Below are positions 6,748-15,976 of a stretch of 25,619 nt of DNA, piece by piece. The translations under genes were made by a program, and so were the position numbers. Source of the DNA: a virus. Taxonomy: Duplodnaviria; Caudoviricetes. Location of the stretch: positions 1 to 25,619 of IMG/VR virus record IMGVR_UViG_3300029823_000017; one strand, written 5' to 3'. Each line of letters begins with the position of its first letter. The stretch's first letter is position 1. The notes below the pieces were generated by a model, which saw only the letters and a list, made by a program, of their open reading frames with translations, had not been told where the DNA came from and did not search any database.

Positions 6748-8545
6748 TGTTTATGCTGATGAAACACAAAGTAAATTATATAAAAAATTTCCATCTACTC
6801 ATTTTTTAAGTAATCCTGATAATGTACATCATGTTTTTTTATGGAATACTTTTTTTAGGCGAAATTTACATAGATTAGCTATTGATTATTTAAAAATTAA
6901 TCTTTATCCTTATCAAGCTTTAATGTTATATTTAATGGGAATTTGTCATTTTATTGTTGTTATTGCATGTCGTGCTGCTGCTAAATCATTTATTATTGCA
7001 TTATACTCTTGTTGTCGTTGCATAACTCGACCTTATACTAAAATTGTATTAACAAGTTCTACCAAGGGGCAATCAAAATTAATTGTTTCTGATAAAATTC
7101 AGGGAGAACTAATGAACATGTCTCCTATGTTAAGGAGAGAAATTAGTCGTATAAAAGATAATCAAAATGAAGTTGTTGTATATTTTAGGGATAAAAGTAC
7201 AATTACAGTTGTCCCTGCTTCTGATAATGGACGTGGACATCGCTCTCATTGTTGTATTAGAGAAGAATTTAGACAAATTGATAAGACAGTTGAAGATAGT
7301 GTTTTATCTCCATTTCAAACTGTTAGACAAGCTCCATATATGTTAAGAGAGCCATATTGTTCAATGAAAGAGTTGCAAGAAGAGCCAGTTAATATTTATA
7401 TAAGTTCTTCATGGGTAGACGCTGGACATTGGATGTGGGATATTGTTGATCAAGCATATGATGGTATGATGAATGGTGAACAATCATGTTTGCTAGCTTT
7501 TGATGAAAGTATTACTTTAAAACATAATATTCGTACAATGAACCAAATGAGACAAGAACATAAAAAATTAGATTCATTAACATGGCGTATAGAATATTTA
7601 AATGAACGAGTTAAAGAAAACACACATGCATTTTTTGATTATAAAATGTTAGCTCAAAATCAAAATTTGAAAAAGCCTTTCTATCCTCAAAACTTTCTAC
7701 AATATAAAAATCAAAGAGAAAATAAATATAACATTCCAAAGCAAACTGGTGAAATTCGTATAGTTGCGTGCGATATGGCTTTTATTGAAAACAAAAATAA
7801 TGATAATTCAGTATTCTCTTGTATGAGGTTATTACCTGAAAGTAAAAAATATGAAAAAACTGATAATAGTTCTGTTGAAGTAAAGCAAGGTTATATACGT
7901 TCTGTCCCATATATAGAAAGTGTACAAGGTGGAGATACAGATAAACAGGCAATAAGAATAAGAGAATTATATGAAGATTTTCAAGCCGATTATATTGTTT
8001 TAGATTTACGGAATGCTGGAATTTCTATATATGATAAACTTGCAAAAGTTATGTATGACGAAGAAAGAGATTGTGAATACTCTCCTTTAACATGTATTAA
8101 TGATCAGAATATAGCTAATAGAATTATTATTGATGGTGCAAAGCCATCAATTTTTGTTATAAATGCTTCTCAAAAACTTAATAGTGATATTGCTTTAGCT
8201 ATGAGGAATACTCTTGAAAATAAGCAGATTGATTTGTTGGTTAATTATAATGAAGCCAAAGAAGAAATATTACCAAAATTTAAAAAATATAGACAAGCGG
8301 TTGATATAGATACTCAATTATTTTATGAACAACCATTTTTGGAAACTCAAATTCTTATCAGTGAAATGACAGGTTTGGTTTATAAAACAAATGATCAAAC
8401 TGGGACAATTACCATTCATGAGCAAGGTACGAATCGAAAAGACCATTACACCAGTATTTCTTACGGAAATTGGTTTGCATCTTTACTTGAAAAAGATTTA
8501 TTATCTCAAGAATCTGATTATGATTTTGTTATAAGTTATTCATAA
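6725..8545 (+). CDS. terL: Terminase large subunit (YonF-like)
   Basis: LYPYQ adenine-binding motif, ACRAAAKS Walker A variant, GRGHR..IREEFR Walker B variant, YISSS, ACDMA and RKDHYTS nuclease motifs; start may be 6734. Confidence 0.9.
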   Translation: MMKMKKINVYADETQSKLYKKFPSTHFLSNPDNVHHVFLWNTFFRRNLHRLAIDYLKINLYPYQALMLYLMGICHFIVVIACRAAAKSFIIALYSCCRCITRPYTKIVLTSSTKGQSKLIVSDKIQGELMNMSPMLRREISRIKDNQNEVVVYFRDKSTITVVPASDNGRGHRSHCCIREEFRQIDKTVEDSVLSPFQTVRQAPYMLREPYCSMKELQEEPVNIYISSSWVDAGHWMWDIVDQAYDGMMNGEQSCLLAFDESITLKHNIRTMNQMRQEHKKLDSLTWRIEYLNERVKENTHAFFDYKMLAQNQNLKKPFYPQNFLQYKNQRENKYNIPKQTGEIRIVACDMAFIENKNNDNSVFSCMRLLPESKKYEKTDNSSVEVKQGYIRSVPYIESVQGGDTDKQAIRIRELYEDFQADYIVLDLRNAGISIYDKLAKVMYDEERDCEYSPLTCINDQNIANRIIIDGAKPSIFVINASQKLNSDIALAMRNTLENKQIDLLVNYNEAKEEILPKFKKYRQAVDIDTQLFYEQPFLETQILISEMTGLVYKTNDQTGTITIHEQGTNRKDHYTSISYGNWFASLLEKDLLSQESDYDFVISYS

Positions 8546-8565
8546 GGAAGGAGGCTGAATTATTT

Positions 8566-10212
8566 TTGGATGATAAAACAGATAAAACAGAAGATATTGA
8601 AGAAAATGATGATTCATATAAAATAGAAACCAATTCTATTGGTTCAGAATCTTATTCGTTTTTTAATATTGACCATGATGTATCTAATTTATCTATGGAG
8701 GGATTACAGGGGTATATAAAATATCCTATGATATATAATTCTATTTTAAGAGAGATTTCAAAAGAATGTTATAATTCAAATGGCATGTATGCAAGGTCTA
8801 TAGATACAAGGGTTTCTTTACCTTTGCTATCTTATGTTTGTGTTTCAAGAAAATCTTTAAGTGGTAAAAAAATTAATAGTAAAGATAAGAAACGTAAAAA
8901 AAGAATTATATTACAAATGAAACTTATTAATCATGAAAAAACCACTCGTGATATTTTAAGAAAATTAGATATAGATGGAATGTATGTTGGAATCCTTAGA
9001 GATACTACTGCAAGCAATATAGAGGTTATGCCGTCAAGTGGTATAGTTGAATCTATTGATAGGCTTGAAGGTCTTTCTTTGGATGATAATTTTATGATTC
9101 AACCTCTTGATTTAGACTATTGTAAAATTATAGGTTTTCAAAACAATGTAGCTATTGCTGCTTTTGATATGATGTATTTTGATCAATTTAAACATGGTGG
9201 TTTGGTTAATGAAATTAAAAATTATCCTAAAGATTTTATGAAAGCATATTTGGATTATAGAAAAGATAGCAGTAAACGATGGTTTATATTAGATTATAAA
9301 ACGACAATAGCTTTGACTGCAAGAGCAAATATTGATGAGCCATATGGTCGTCCTTATGGTATGTCAGCGTTTTCTGATATGAAAATGCAACAGGATTATG
9401 ACAATAGTCAATATAAAGTTGTTAATGAATTAGCAAGTAGTATTTATTATTTGATTTTGCCAGAAGGTGAAAAAAAAGGACGTTGTTCTTTGAATTCAGC
9501 ACAACAAAATCAAGTTATTGATTCTTTTAAAAATGCTGTAAAAATTAATACAAATAATAATATTGGTAGTAATTCTAAAATTTCTACTTTGACATTGCCT
9601 ACAGGAACGACAATAAATAGATTATCTAAAGATTCTTCATTGCTAAAAGACACATTAAGTGACGAAAATATTAAAAAAATATCTACCAGTTTAGGATTTG
9701 CAAGTTCTGCTTTAAATGCGGCAAGTGAAGGTAGTTCTGGTTTTGCTGGGTTACAAATTAATATGGATATAATATCGTCACAAATATTTACTGAATTAAA
9801 CCAAATTGGATATGAATATACTCGTTTGTTGAATAATCATGAAGGTATTAAACCTTCTGAATATATAGATATTAAATATTTACCACTTAGCCGTTTAAAT
9901 AAGAATGATATGTATGACAAAATGAAGGAATTATATATGACAGCAGGAGGTTCTCGTACATACATGATTGCAGCAGGTGGGGTTAATCCAGAAGATTATA
10001 TGGCTGTTTGTGATGAAGAAATTAGTGATAATTTAGATAATAAATATAAACCGCATATTACAAGTTATACAGCTTCAAATTCCGCAGATAAATCTGATCC
10101 TGATAATAATTTAGGAGGAGCGCCTCAAAAGTCGGAAGATGATTTAAGCTTTAATGGCGCTGTCACAAAAGGCACAGGTACTAATGAAAATATTAAACCA
10201 AGTACTAAATAA
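8566..10212 (+). CDS. Portal protein (YonE-like)
   Basis: 548 aa directly after terL; EPYGRPYG motif; C-terminal TSYT...GGAP segment; SD GGAGG with TTG start. Confidence 0.82.
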   Translation: MDDKTDKTEDIEENDDSYKIETNSIGSESYSFFNIDHDVSNLSMEGLQGYIKYPMIYNSILREISKECYNSNGMYARSIDTRVSLPLLSYVCVSRKSLSGKKINSKDKKRKKRIILQMKLINHEKTTRDILRKLDIDGMYVGILRDTTASNIEVMPSSGIVESIDRLEGLSLDDNFMIQPLDLDYCKIIGFQNNVAIAAFDMMYFDQFKHGGLVNEIKNYPKDFMKAYLDYRKDSSKRWFILDYKTTIALTARANIDEPYGRPYGMSAFSDMKMQQDYDNSQYKVVNELASSIYYLILPEGEKKGRCSLNSAQQNQVIDSFKNAVKINTNNNIGSNSKISTLTLPTGTTINRLSKDSSLLKDTLSDENIKKISTSLGFASSALNAASEGSSGFAGLQINMDIISSQIFTELNQIGYEYTRLLNNHEGIKPSEYIDIKYLPLSRLNKNDMYDKMKELYMTAGGSRTYMIAAGGVNPEDYMAVCDEEISDNLDNKYKPHITSYTASNSADKSDPDNNLGGAPQKSEDDLSFNGAVTKGTGTNENIKPSTK

Positions 10213-10217
10213 TTTAT

Positions 10218-10428
10218 ATGTACTGCGAGAACACCCGTGACTTTAGTCATGGGATGAATCGCTTACATATGTCGTTGGATATTTCAAATAAATGCTGATA
10301 AATACTTGACTTTTACAAGTACGGTAGGAACTACCGGAATTTACGCCTACGGACATTATGTAAGACTACAATAGGTAGCAACAATGGTTGAAGTAGGAAT
10401 CACGTGACTTTAGTCGTGTGAGGTTCAA
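10218..10428 (+). mobile_element. Non-autonomous IS605 derivative (PATE-like mini element), copy 2
   Basis: Follows TTTAT (10213-10217); 211 bp, 11 substitutions versus copy 1 by manual alignment; both end hairpins; ends in TTCAA; sits between the portal stop and the protease SD. Confidence 0.93.
10313..10428 (+). ncRNA. Putative TnpB omegaRNA scaffold (copy 2); guide would be the flank from 10429
   Basis: Same architecture as copy 1, with compensatory changes (CTAC-AATAG-GTAG vs CTGA-ATTAG-TCAG) and perfect CCTAC/GTAGG stem. Confidence 0.74.
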
Positions 10429-10444
10429 TGAGAGGTGGTGATAA

Positions 10445-11953
10445 ATGAAAATGAATGGTTTGATTGAAATATCTGGCAAAACAGCTGAAGCAGGTCGAAC
10501 TCCTGTAAAATTTATTTTACATGAAATATATAATTCTCCATCTGAATATAATGCTAATGGTATTTCATGGAATAGAAAATATACAGAACAAAATATGTAT
10601 AGCGTAAAAGGTATGCCTTTAACTTGCCAATTTGCAGATGATGAGCATACTATTCCTTTTGGCGGTCATGGAGAACTTTCAGAACAAGGTCAAGATATTA
10701 AATTTGATGATAGCTTAGTTGTTGGTTCATTTGAAAATAGTTATATAGATGATAATCTTGAAATAAATGGTAGAAAATTTTCAGGATTAGTTGGAGATGG
10801 ATATATCTATAATCAAAGATTTCCTTCACTTGTAGAATATTTGCAAAAACAATATCAAGATAAAAGTCCTGTTGAAAGTTCTGTTGAAATTTGTGCAGAT
10901 AAGTCTAAAGGAAATTCAAAAATAATTTATGATGGTGGTTGGAAAGAAAAAGGGAGAGTTCCGCAAGATTATCAATATAGTGGACACGCTTTTTGTATAG
11001 GGGTTGAGCCTGCTGATAATAAAGCTTTAATGATAGAGTTAAATCAGGCTAAAAAAGAAGGCGTAAAACAAAATATGGTAAAAGAAAAAATTAATATTGA
11101 TAATTCTAAAGCAAGTGTTTATAATTCATCTTCTTGGAATGTTAATAAAGGTGAATATTTTCGTAAATGCAAAAATGCTTCTAATGCAATGGCAGTATTT
11201 AATGAAGCATATTTAGATAATAGCATTTCTTCTATAGAAGAAGCTGTTGAAGCAGATGTGAAATATCCTCATCATCATTTTGAAGGAAATAAAATGGTTG
11301 TAGATGTTTCAGGAATTAAGGCTGCTGTACAAAGGTTGGCGCAAAATGATCCGAATAATGAGAAAGCAAAAGCACATGCAAAAAAACATTATAATGAGCT
11401 TGGTCTTGAGCTACCTGAATTTTTAGGTGGTAAATCAAATAAACAGGAGGTAAATCAAATGGATGAAAAAGTAGTTATGGAGCTTAATCAGAAGATTGAA
11501 GATAAAACTAATGAAATTAATACATTGACTTCTGAGAATAAAGAGCTTAGTAAAAAAAACAAGGAGCTTAATGAAACTATAACAAAAGCAAACAAAGCTG
11601 TAGAGGAAGTTAATAGTAAACTTAAAACAGCTACAGAGGAGTTAAATGCTTTAAAAGATGAAAAATCAAAAGCCGAGATAGAAAAGAAAAAAGCGGAAAC
11701 TAATTCATATTTTAAAACAGAAATTCCTAAGGATGGATTTACAGAAGCAGAAATTAATTCTCTTCAGTCTTTTGTAGATAAATCTGATATTGAAGGTTTA
11801 AAGAAAGCTGAATCTGAATTATGCACTAAAAAATTTAAAGAAATGGTTTCTAAAGATACTAAAACAGAAATTAATTCTAAAGAAACTTTTATTTCTTTCC
11901 CTGATTCTAAGAAAAAAGTTATTACCGATAAAGAGTTTAGTTTTTGTGATTAA
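10445..11953 (+). CDS. Prohead protease-scaffold fusion (YonD-like)
   Basis: Between portal and capsid genes; N-terminal YNANG, GGHG, SSVEI, G-x-EPA protease-like motifs; C-terminal coiled coil. Confidence 0.78.
   Translation: MKMNGLIEISGKTAEAGRTPVKFILHEIYNSPSEYNANGISWNRKYTEQNMYSVKGMPLTCQFADDEHTIPFGGHGELSEQGQDIKFDDSLVVGSFENSYIDDNLEINGRKFSGLVGDGYIYNQRFPSLVEYLQKQYQDKSPVESSVEICADKSKGNSKIIYDGGWKEKGRVPQDYQYSGHAFCIGVEPADNKALMIELNQAKKEGVKQNMVKEKINIDNSKASVYNSSSWNVNKGEYFRKCKNASNAMAVFNEAYLDNSISSIEEAVEADVKYPHHHFEGNKMVVDVSGIKAAVQRLAQNDPNNEKAKAHAKKHYNELGLELPEFLGGKSNKQEVNQMDEKVVMELNQKIEDKTNEINTLTSENKELSKKNKELNETITKANKAVEEVNSKLKTATEELNALKDEKSKAEIEKKKAETNSYFKTEIPKDGFTEAEINSLQSFVDKSDIEGLKKAESELCTKKFKEMVSKDTKTEINSKETFISFPDSKKKVITDKEFSFCD
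11459..11953 (+). CDS. Nested in-frame scaffolding protein
   Basis: Internal SD CAGGAGGT 7 nt before in-frame ATG (MDEKVVMELN), exactly where the coiled coil begins. Confidence 0.65.
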   Translation: MDEKVVMELNQKIEDKTNEINTLTSENKELSKKNKELNETITKANKAVEEVNSKLKTATEELNALKDEKSKAEIEKKKAETNSYFKTEIPKDGFTEAEINSLQSFVDKSDIEGLKKAESELCTKKFKEMVSKDTKTEINSKETFISFPDSKKKVITDKEFSFCD

Positions 11954-11980
11954 TAAATCAAATAATAGGAGGTATATAAA

Positions 11981-12511
11981 ATGAGTTTATTTAATTTTCA
12001 TGATTCTAATTTTTTGAATAAATCAAATCATCCAGAAATTGTAGCAACAGTAGATACATATAATGGTAATCAATTTAAACTTTCAGGGGATACAGCTGTT
12101 CCTAATGCAACGGCAGCAGATGTTCAAACTGGCGAAGTTTATATTATGAAAAATATCATTGACAAGCCTGAGATATTAAATACAGATGATTACAAAGTTT
12201 CGGCTGGTGAATATATTAGAGGTTATCGCCTTAAAGATTTTGCAGGTGAAAATTTTGATATGTCTGCTGATCTTGTTTCTGATGCTTATGCAGATGTTGC
12301 AGTTGGTAGTAAGCTTGTTGGTCGTTCTACTGCCGATACTACGAATACTATGGGTTGGAAAGTAGTAGCTGATGTCAGTGGTTATTCTACATATCTTGAA
12401 GTGGTTGATAAAACACCTTTTGGTGCTTTTACAATTGATAAAGAGGGTGGCACTGTTGCTGGTGGCTATCTGGTAAAGGTGCATGTTGTTGATTTAACGG
12501 CAACAGCTTAA
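11981..12511 (+). CDS. Putative head decoration/stabilising protein (YonC position)
   Basis: 176 aa, A/G/V/T-rich, strong SD AGGAGG, between scaffold and major capsid genes. Confidence 0.65.
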   Translation: MSLFNFHDSNFLNKSNHPEIVATVDTYNGNQFKLSGDTAVPNATAADVQTGEVYIMKNIIDKPEILNTDDYKVSAGEYIRGYRLKDFAGENFDMSADLVSDAYADVAVGSKLVGRSTADTTNTMGWKVVADVSGYSTYLEVVDKTPFGAFTIDKEGGTVAGGYLVKVHVVDLTATA

Positions 12512-12534
12512 TTAAATTTTAAGGAGGTAAAGAT

Positions 12535-13656
12535 ATGAGTTTTACATATATAAATGATTTTACAAATACTAAAGAGAATGCAAGTAATGTTGAAGTAAAT
12601 AGTATGATTAAGAATAACCTTAAACATGTTAATAAAGAAAAAGCTGAAATTTTCTCAAAAATTGTTTGGGGTAAAGACACTTCTAAATATGGTAAAAAAG
12701 TAGATACTGTTATGGATGGTGTTAAAAATCTTGCTTCTGCTGCAAAAGATGGAGATACAAAGGCGAAAGCTGAAATTAATACTATTACAACAGTAACACT
12801 TCAGCAACCACTAATGCAGAGATTACAGGTTAATAATATGCTTGGTAATGTAACTAATGTTGGTATGGATGAACAGCTAAATTATCAATATTATCAACTT
12901 CAGGGTTCTGAACTTTCGAGGATACAGGCGAGTTCTGGTTCTTTTACATTTCCTTCTGTTAAAAAACGTACAAAGACCGCTGAAACCAAAACAGCAACAG
13001 GTGGTTTGGTAGTTGATTTGCGTGAAATGGCTTCTGGTGCAACAGATGGCTTTGCAGTAGCTGGAGAGCAAGTTATTACAGATATGACGAATCAGATGGT
13101 TCTTTCTAATGTAACAACTTTGACAAGTGGAATTAAGAATGCAGCAACTTTGAAAAACTATGCTGCTGGTATAACAGCAACGAATGTAGATAAAGTTCGT
13201 TCAAAAGCTCGTCGCTTTGGTAGAGTAACTATTATTGGTGATGTTGATGTTGTTGAAAAGATGAATGATCTTGCTGGATTTAATATTCATTCTGCTACAT
13301 CAACAGAGGTTAGATTCCCTGAATCAGTGATGCAGGAAATTATGGCTACAGGATTACTTAGTGAATATAAAGGAAGTCCAGTTGTTGAGCTTCCAAATTC
13401 TTATAATTTTACACAGTTAAATACAGATAAAGATTTTTATAAACTTTATCTTCCTACAACTGATCTATGGTTTATTCCACAGGGTAATCTTACTCCTCTT
13501 CAAATTGTTATGCGTTCTGGTATTACATCAATGACTGTACAGGATATTAACACAAGGTCTGAAGTTACAAGATTTGATATTGAATATGGTAATGCTTTAC
13601 TTGCTGAATATATTCCATTTATTGGTTATATTTATGATGAAGCATCTGCGGAATAA
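12535..13656 (+). CDS. Major capsid protein (YonB-like)
   Basis: 373 aa, strong SD AAGGAGG, TGLLSEYKGSPVVELPNSY block, position after scaffold/decoration, followed by a terminator. Confidence 0.85.
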   Translation: MSFTYINDFTNTKENASNVEVNSMIKNNLKHVNKEKAEIFSKIVWGKDTSKYGKKVDTVMDGVKNLASAAKDGDTKAKAEINTITTVTLQQPLMQRLQVNNMLGNVTNVGMDEQLNYQYYQLQGSELSRIQASSGSFTFPSVKKRTKTAETKTATGGLVVDLREMASGATDGFAVAGEQVITDMTNQMVLSNVTTLTSGIKNAATLKNYAAGITATNVDKVRSKARRFGRVTIIGDVDVVEKMNDLAGFNIHSATSTEVRFPESVMQEIMATGLLSEYKGSPVVELPNSYNFTQLNTDKDFYKLYLPTTDLWFIPQGNLTPLQIVMRSGITSMTVQDINTRSEVTRFDIEYGNALLAEYIPFIGYIYDEASAE

Positions 13657-13671
13657 TATAAAATTTATTAG

Positions 13672-13715
13672 ATAAAGGCTATAGTTTAGCTATTATAGCC
13701 TTTATAGTTTTATTT
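13672..13715 (+). terminator. Terminator-like hairpin after major capsid gene
   Basis: ATAAAGGCTATAGT-TTAGCT-ATTATAGCCTTTAT followed by AGTTTTATTT. Confidence 0.65.
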
Positions 13716-13735
13716 AGAAGGAGAAATTTTATTTT

Positions 13736-14206
13736 ATGGCAATTAATCCTAACGATAAAAGTAAAATTATAAATTTATGTGATTATCCTGTTTCTTGGAA
13801 ACGAGAAACGATAGTCGGTGATGAATATTTAAAAGCTAATGGTACTACTCGTGTTACAAATTCTGAAATTGAAACGCAAGTAGAAAATGGTAATGTATTT
13901 CTTAGGGGTGTAGATGATAAAGGTTCACATGCTTGTGTTTATATAGATAATCCAGAACTTAGAGAAAGTCTTGGATTTGATAATAAAGCAGAAAATAAAA
14001 AACAGATTATTATTGATACGGATAAATGTAAGGATATTCTTAGTCTAAAAACTATATCTGCTTTTAAGAAAAATCTTAAAGAAAATATTGTAACACGTCA
14101 GGAAAAAATGAAGATTATGACTGTTGCTCGTAAAACAAAATTGAATAATTATGAGATGATACAAGAACTTGAACAGTATTGTCAAATGTCTTTTAATATT
14201 AAATAA
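13736..14206 (+). CDS. Phage head-region protein (YonA position)
   Basis: 156 aa with SD AAGGAG directly after the capsid gene; FLRGVDDKGSHACVYIDN block. Confidence 0.7.
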   Translation: MAINPNDKSKIINLCDYPVSWKRETIVGDEYLKANGTTRVTNSEIETQVENGNVFLRGVDDKGSHACVYIDNPELRESLGFDNKAENKKQIIIDTDKCKDILSLKTISAFKKNLKENIVTRQEKMKIMTVARKTKLNNYEMIQELEQYCQMSFNIK

Positions 14207-14226
14207 AGAATTGAGGTGGAACAGAT

Positions 14227-14910
14227 TTGGGAACACCTTTGCAAGATGTTTATGATTCTTTTTTAGCTAAAGTGACTGATGAAGATTTTACTTATAAATC
14301 TGATTTAATTTTTCAGTATTTTAAATTTGCAAATGGAAGTAGTTACAAAACTGTTCCAGAAAATTTAAATTATACGTTAAATGTAGATAGTATTGTATTT
14401 TACATTGATAATAAAGCTAATATTAATGGAAATATAACTTTTACTATTGATTCTAAATTGTATGTAGTGGCTGTTTTAGCAACGGATAGTTTAATAAATA
14501 TTGCAGACAAAGTTGTAGATGCAATTAAATCAGATTTTACAATTATAAAAAATTATACAAATGATTATCCGATTATTACCATTGAAAAGGATAATAGTGA
14601 TTTGAGTAATACAGTTTATATTGATACTGATAATACTGGTGTGCAGATTAATATCAACAAAACATATGATGGCTATTATGATGATGAATTAGGTCAAGAC
14701 ACAATTAATTTAATTTCATTGTATATGGCTTATAATTATTATCTTGATATTGTTTTGAAAAAAGGAAAACAAAAATCTTATTTCGGTAGTAAAGATTTTA
14801 ATAAGTCTCCGAATATTAAGTCTCAATATGAAAATGCTGAAGCTACATTAAATATTTTGGATGATAAAATTGAAAAATCTCGTCAAGAATTTTATAATTA
14901 TAAGAATTGA
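14227..14910 (+). CDS. Putative head-tail adaptor with inserted beta-rich domain
   Basis: N-terminal TPLQDVYDSFLAKVTD and C-terminal GSKDFNKSP helical parts typical of SPbeta-like connectors; SD GAGGTG with TTG start. Confidence 0.6.
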   Translation: MGTPLQDVYDSFLAKVTDEDFTYKSDLIFQYFKFANGSSYKTVPENLNYTLNVDSIVFYIDNKANINGNITFTIDSKLYVVAVLATDSLINIADKVVDAIKSDFTIIKNYTNDYPIITIEKDNSDLSNTVYIDTDNTGVQININKTYDGYYDDELGQDTINLISLYMAYNYYLDIVLKKGKQKSYFGSKDFNKSPNIKSQYENAEATLNILDDKIEKSRQEFYNYKN

Positions 14911-14920
14911 CGGTGATAAA

Positions 14921-15976
14921 ATGATTTTTCATAATAATTGGTTATCAAATTCATTGACAGATTCAATATATTCTAAGCAAGAAGAAACTGATGAGGTTAA
15001 ACAAAATTTTGATTATAGAAGAAAATACAGCAATGAAGGATATAATGTTGTAATAGATAATTTATATAATGAAGACGTTATAATTCAAGATCATTCTAAT
15101 CCTATCAATGAAAGTCGTACAGATAGAAAATTACATCTGTCTATTGATACTCATGCTGTAAAAGGAAGTAAGATTTTATGGAATGAAGATATATGGTTAA
15201 TTGTTTCTTCTATTAAGAATGTGGGAGAAGCATATAAAACAACACAAATTCAACAATGTAATTATACTCTCCCTTATCAACTTGGTACATCAATGATTAT
15301 TCAAGAACCTTGTATTGTAGAAGATACTCAAACGACTATTGGCGAAGACCAAAATAATGTAATGACGGTTCCTGATGCTTTTAGACATATATTGATTCAG
15401 TATAATGCTAATACAGCTAAACTTGTAAAAGGTAAAAGAATTTTTATTGACAGAGTTTGTGATAATCCATCTGTTTATACGATTACTAAGGTTGATAGAA
15501 TTGTTCACATGGACGGAGATAATGGGCTATTGTATTTGACTTGTAATGAAAATCAGACAACGGATAAAGATAGAAAAGATTTGCTTATAGCTGATTATAT
15601 TCCTTCGTCTACTCCTACCCCATCCCCCACTCCAACATCATCTGGAAGTTGTACTATTACAATGAATAATGGAACTGCTTATACGACTGTACAAAATATT
15701 AGAATTGGTGGAACAGGTAATTATTTTAATGCGTTGTTTAAGGATACAAATGGAAATGTATTGACAAATCTAACTCCAACATGGACATTAACAGATTTGA
15801 ATGGGATAACAAATTCTGATATTATTATGTCTACTGTAGATGGATATCCATTAAGGATAAAAGTCAAGATTGCTTATAAAACTACGTTAATTGGAAGTTC
15901 GTTTAAGATACATCTAATTGATAGTGGCAATACGTTAAGTAGTTATGATGTAATTTGTAAGGTGGTGAGTCTGTGA
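14921..15976 (+). CDS. Putative neck/head-closure protein with P/T linker and C-terminal Ig-like domain
   Basis: Likely start ATG 14921 after GGTGAT (track start 14861 overlaps the upstream gene); WLIVS..IQQCNYTL, KGKRIFID motifs; PSSTPTPSPTPTSS linker. Confidence 0.65.
   Translation: MIFHNNWLSNSLTDSIYSKQEETDEVKQNFDYRRKYSNEGYNVVIDNLYNEDVIIQDHSNPINESRTDRKLHLSIDTHAVKGSKILWNEDIWLIVSSIKNVGEAYKTTQIQQCNYTLPYQLGTSMIIQEPCIVEDTQTTIGEDQNNVMTVPDAFRHILIQYNANTAKLVKGKRIFIDRVCDNPSVYTITKVDRIVHMDGDNGLLYLTCNENQTTDKDRKDLLIADYIPSSTPTPSPTPTSSGSCTITMNNGTAYTTVQNIRIGGTGNYFNALFKDTNGNVLTNLTPTWTLTDLNGITNSDIIMSTVDGYPLRIKVKIAYKTTLIGSSFKIHLIDSGNTLSSYDVICKVVSL

Noticed and set aside
6960-7275. Deviant terminase Walker motifs (ACRAAAKS, IREEFR) as a sign of inactivation
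   Set aside because: The ORF is intact with all other motifs, and such variants are plausible family traits.
13775-13790. ATGTGATTAT matches to the copy-1 guide here and near 873
   Set aside because: Only about 10 AT-rich nucleotides match and TTTAT is not correctly placed, so self-targeting is unsupported.
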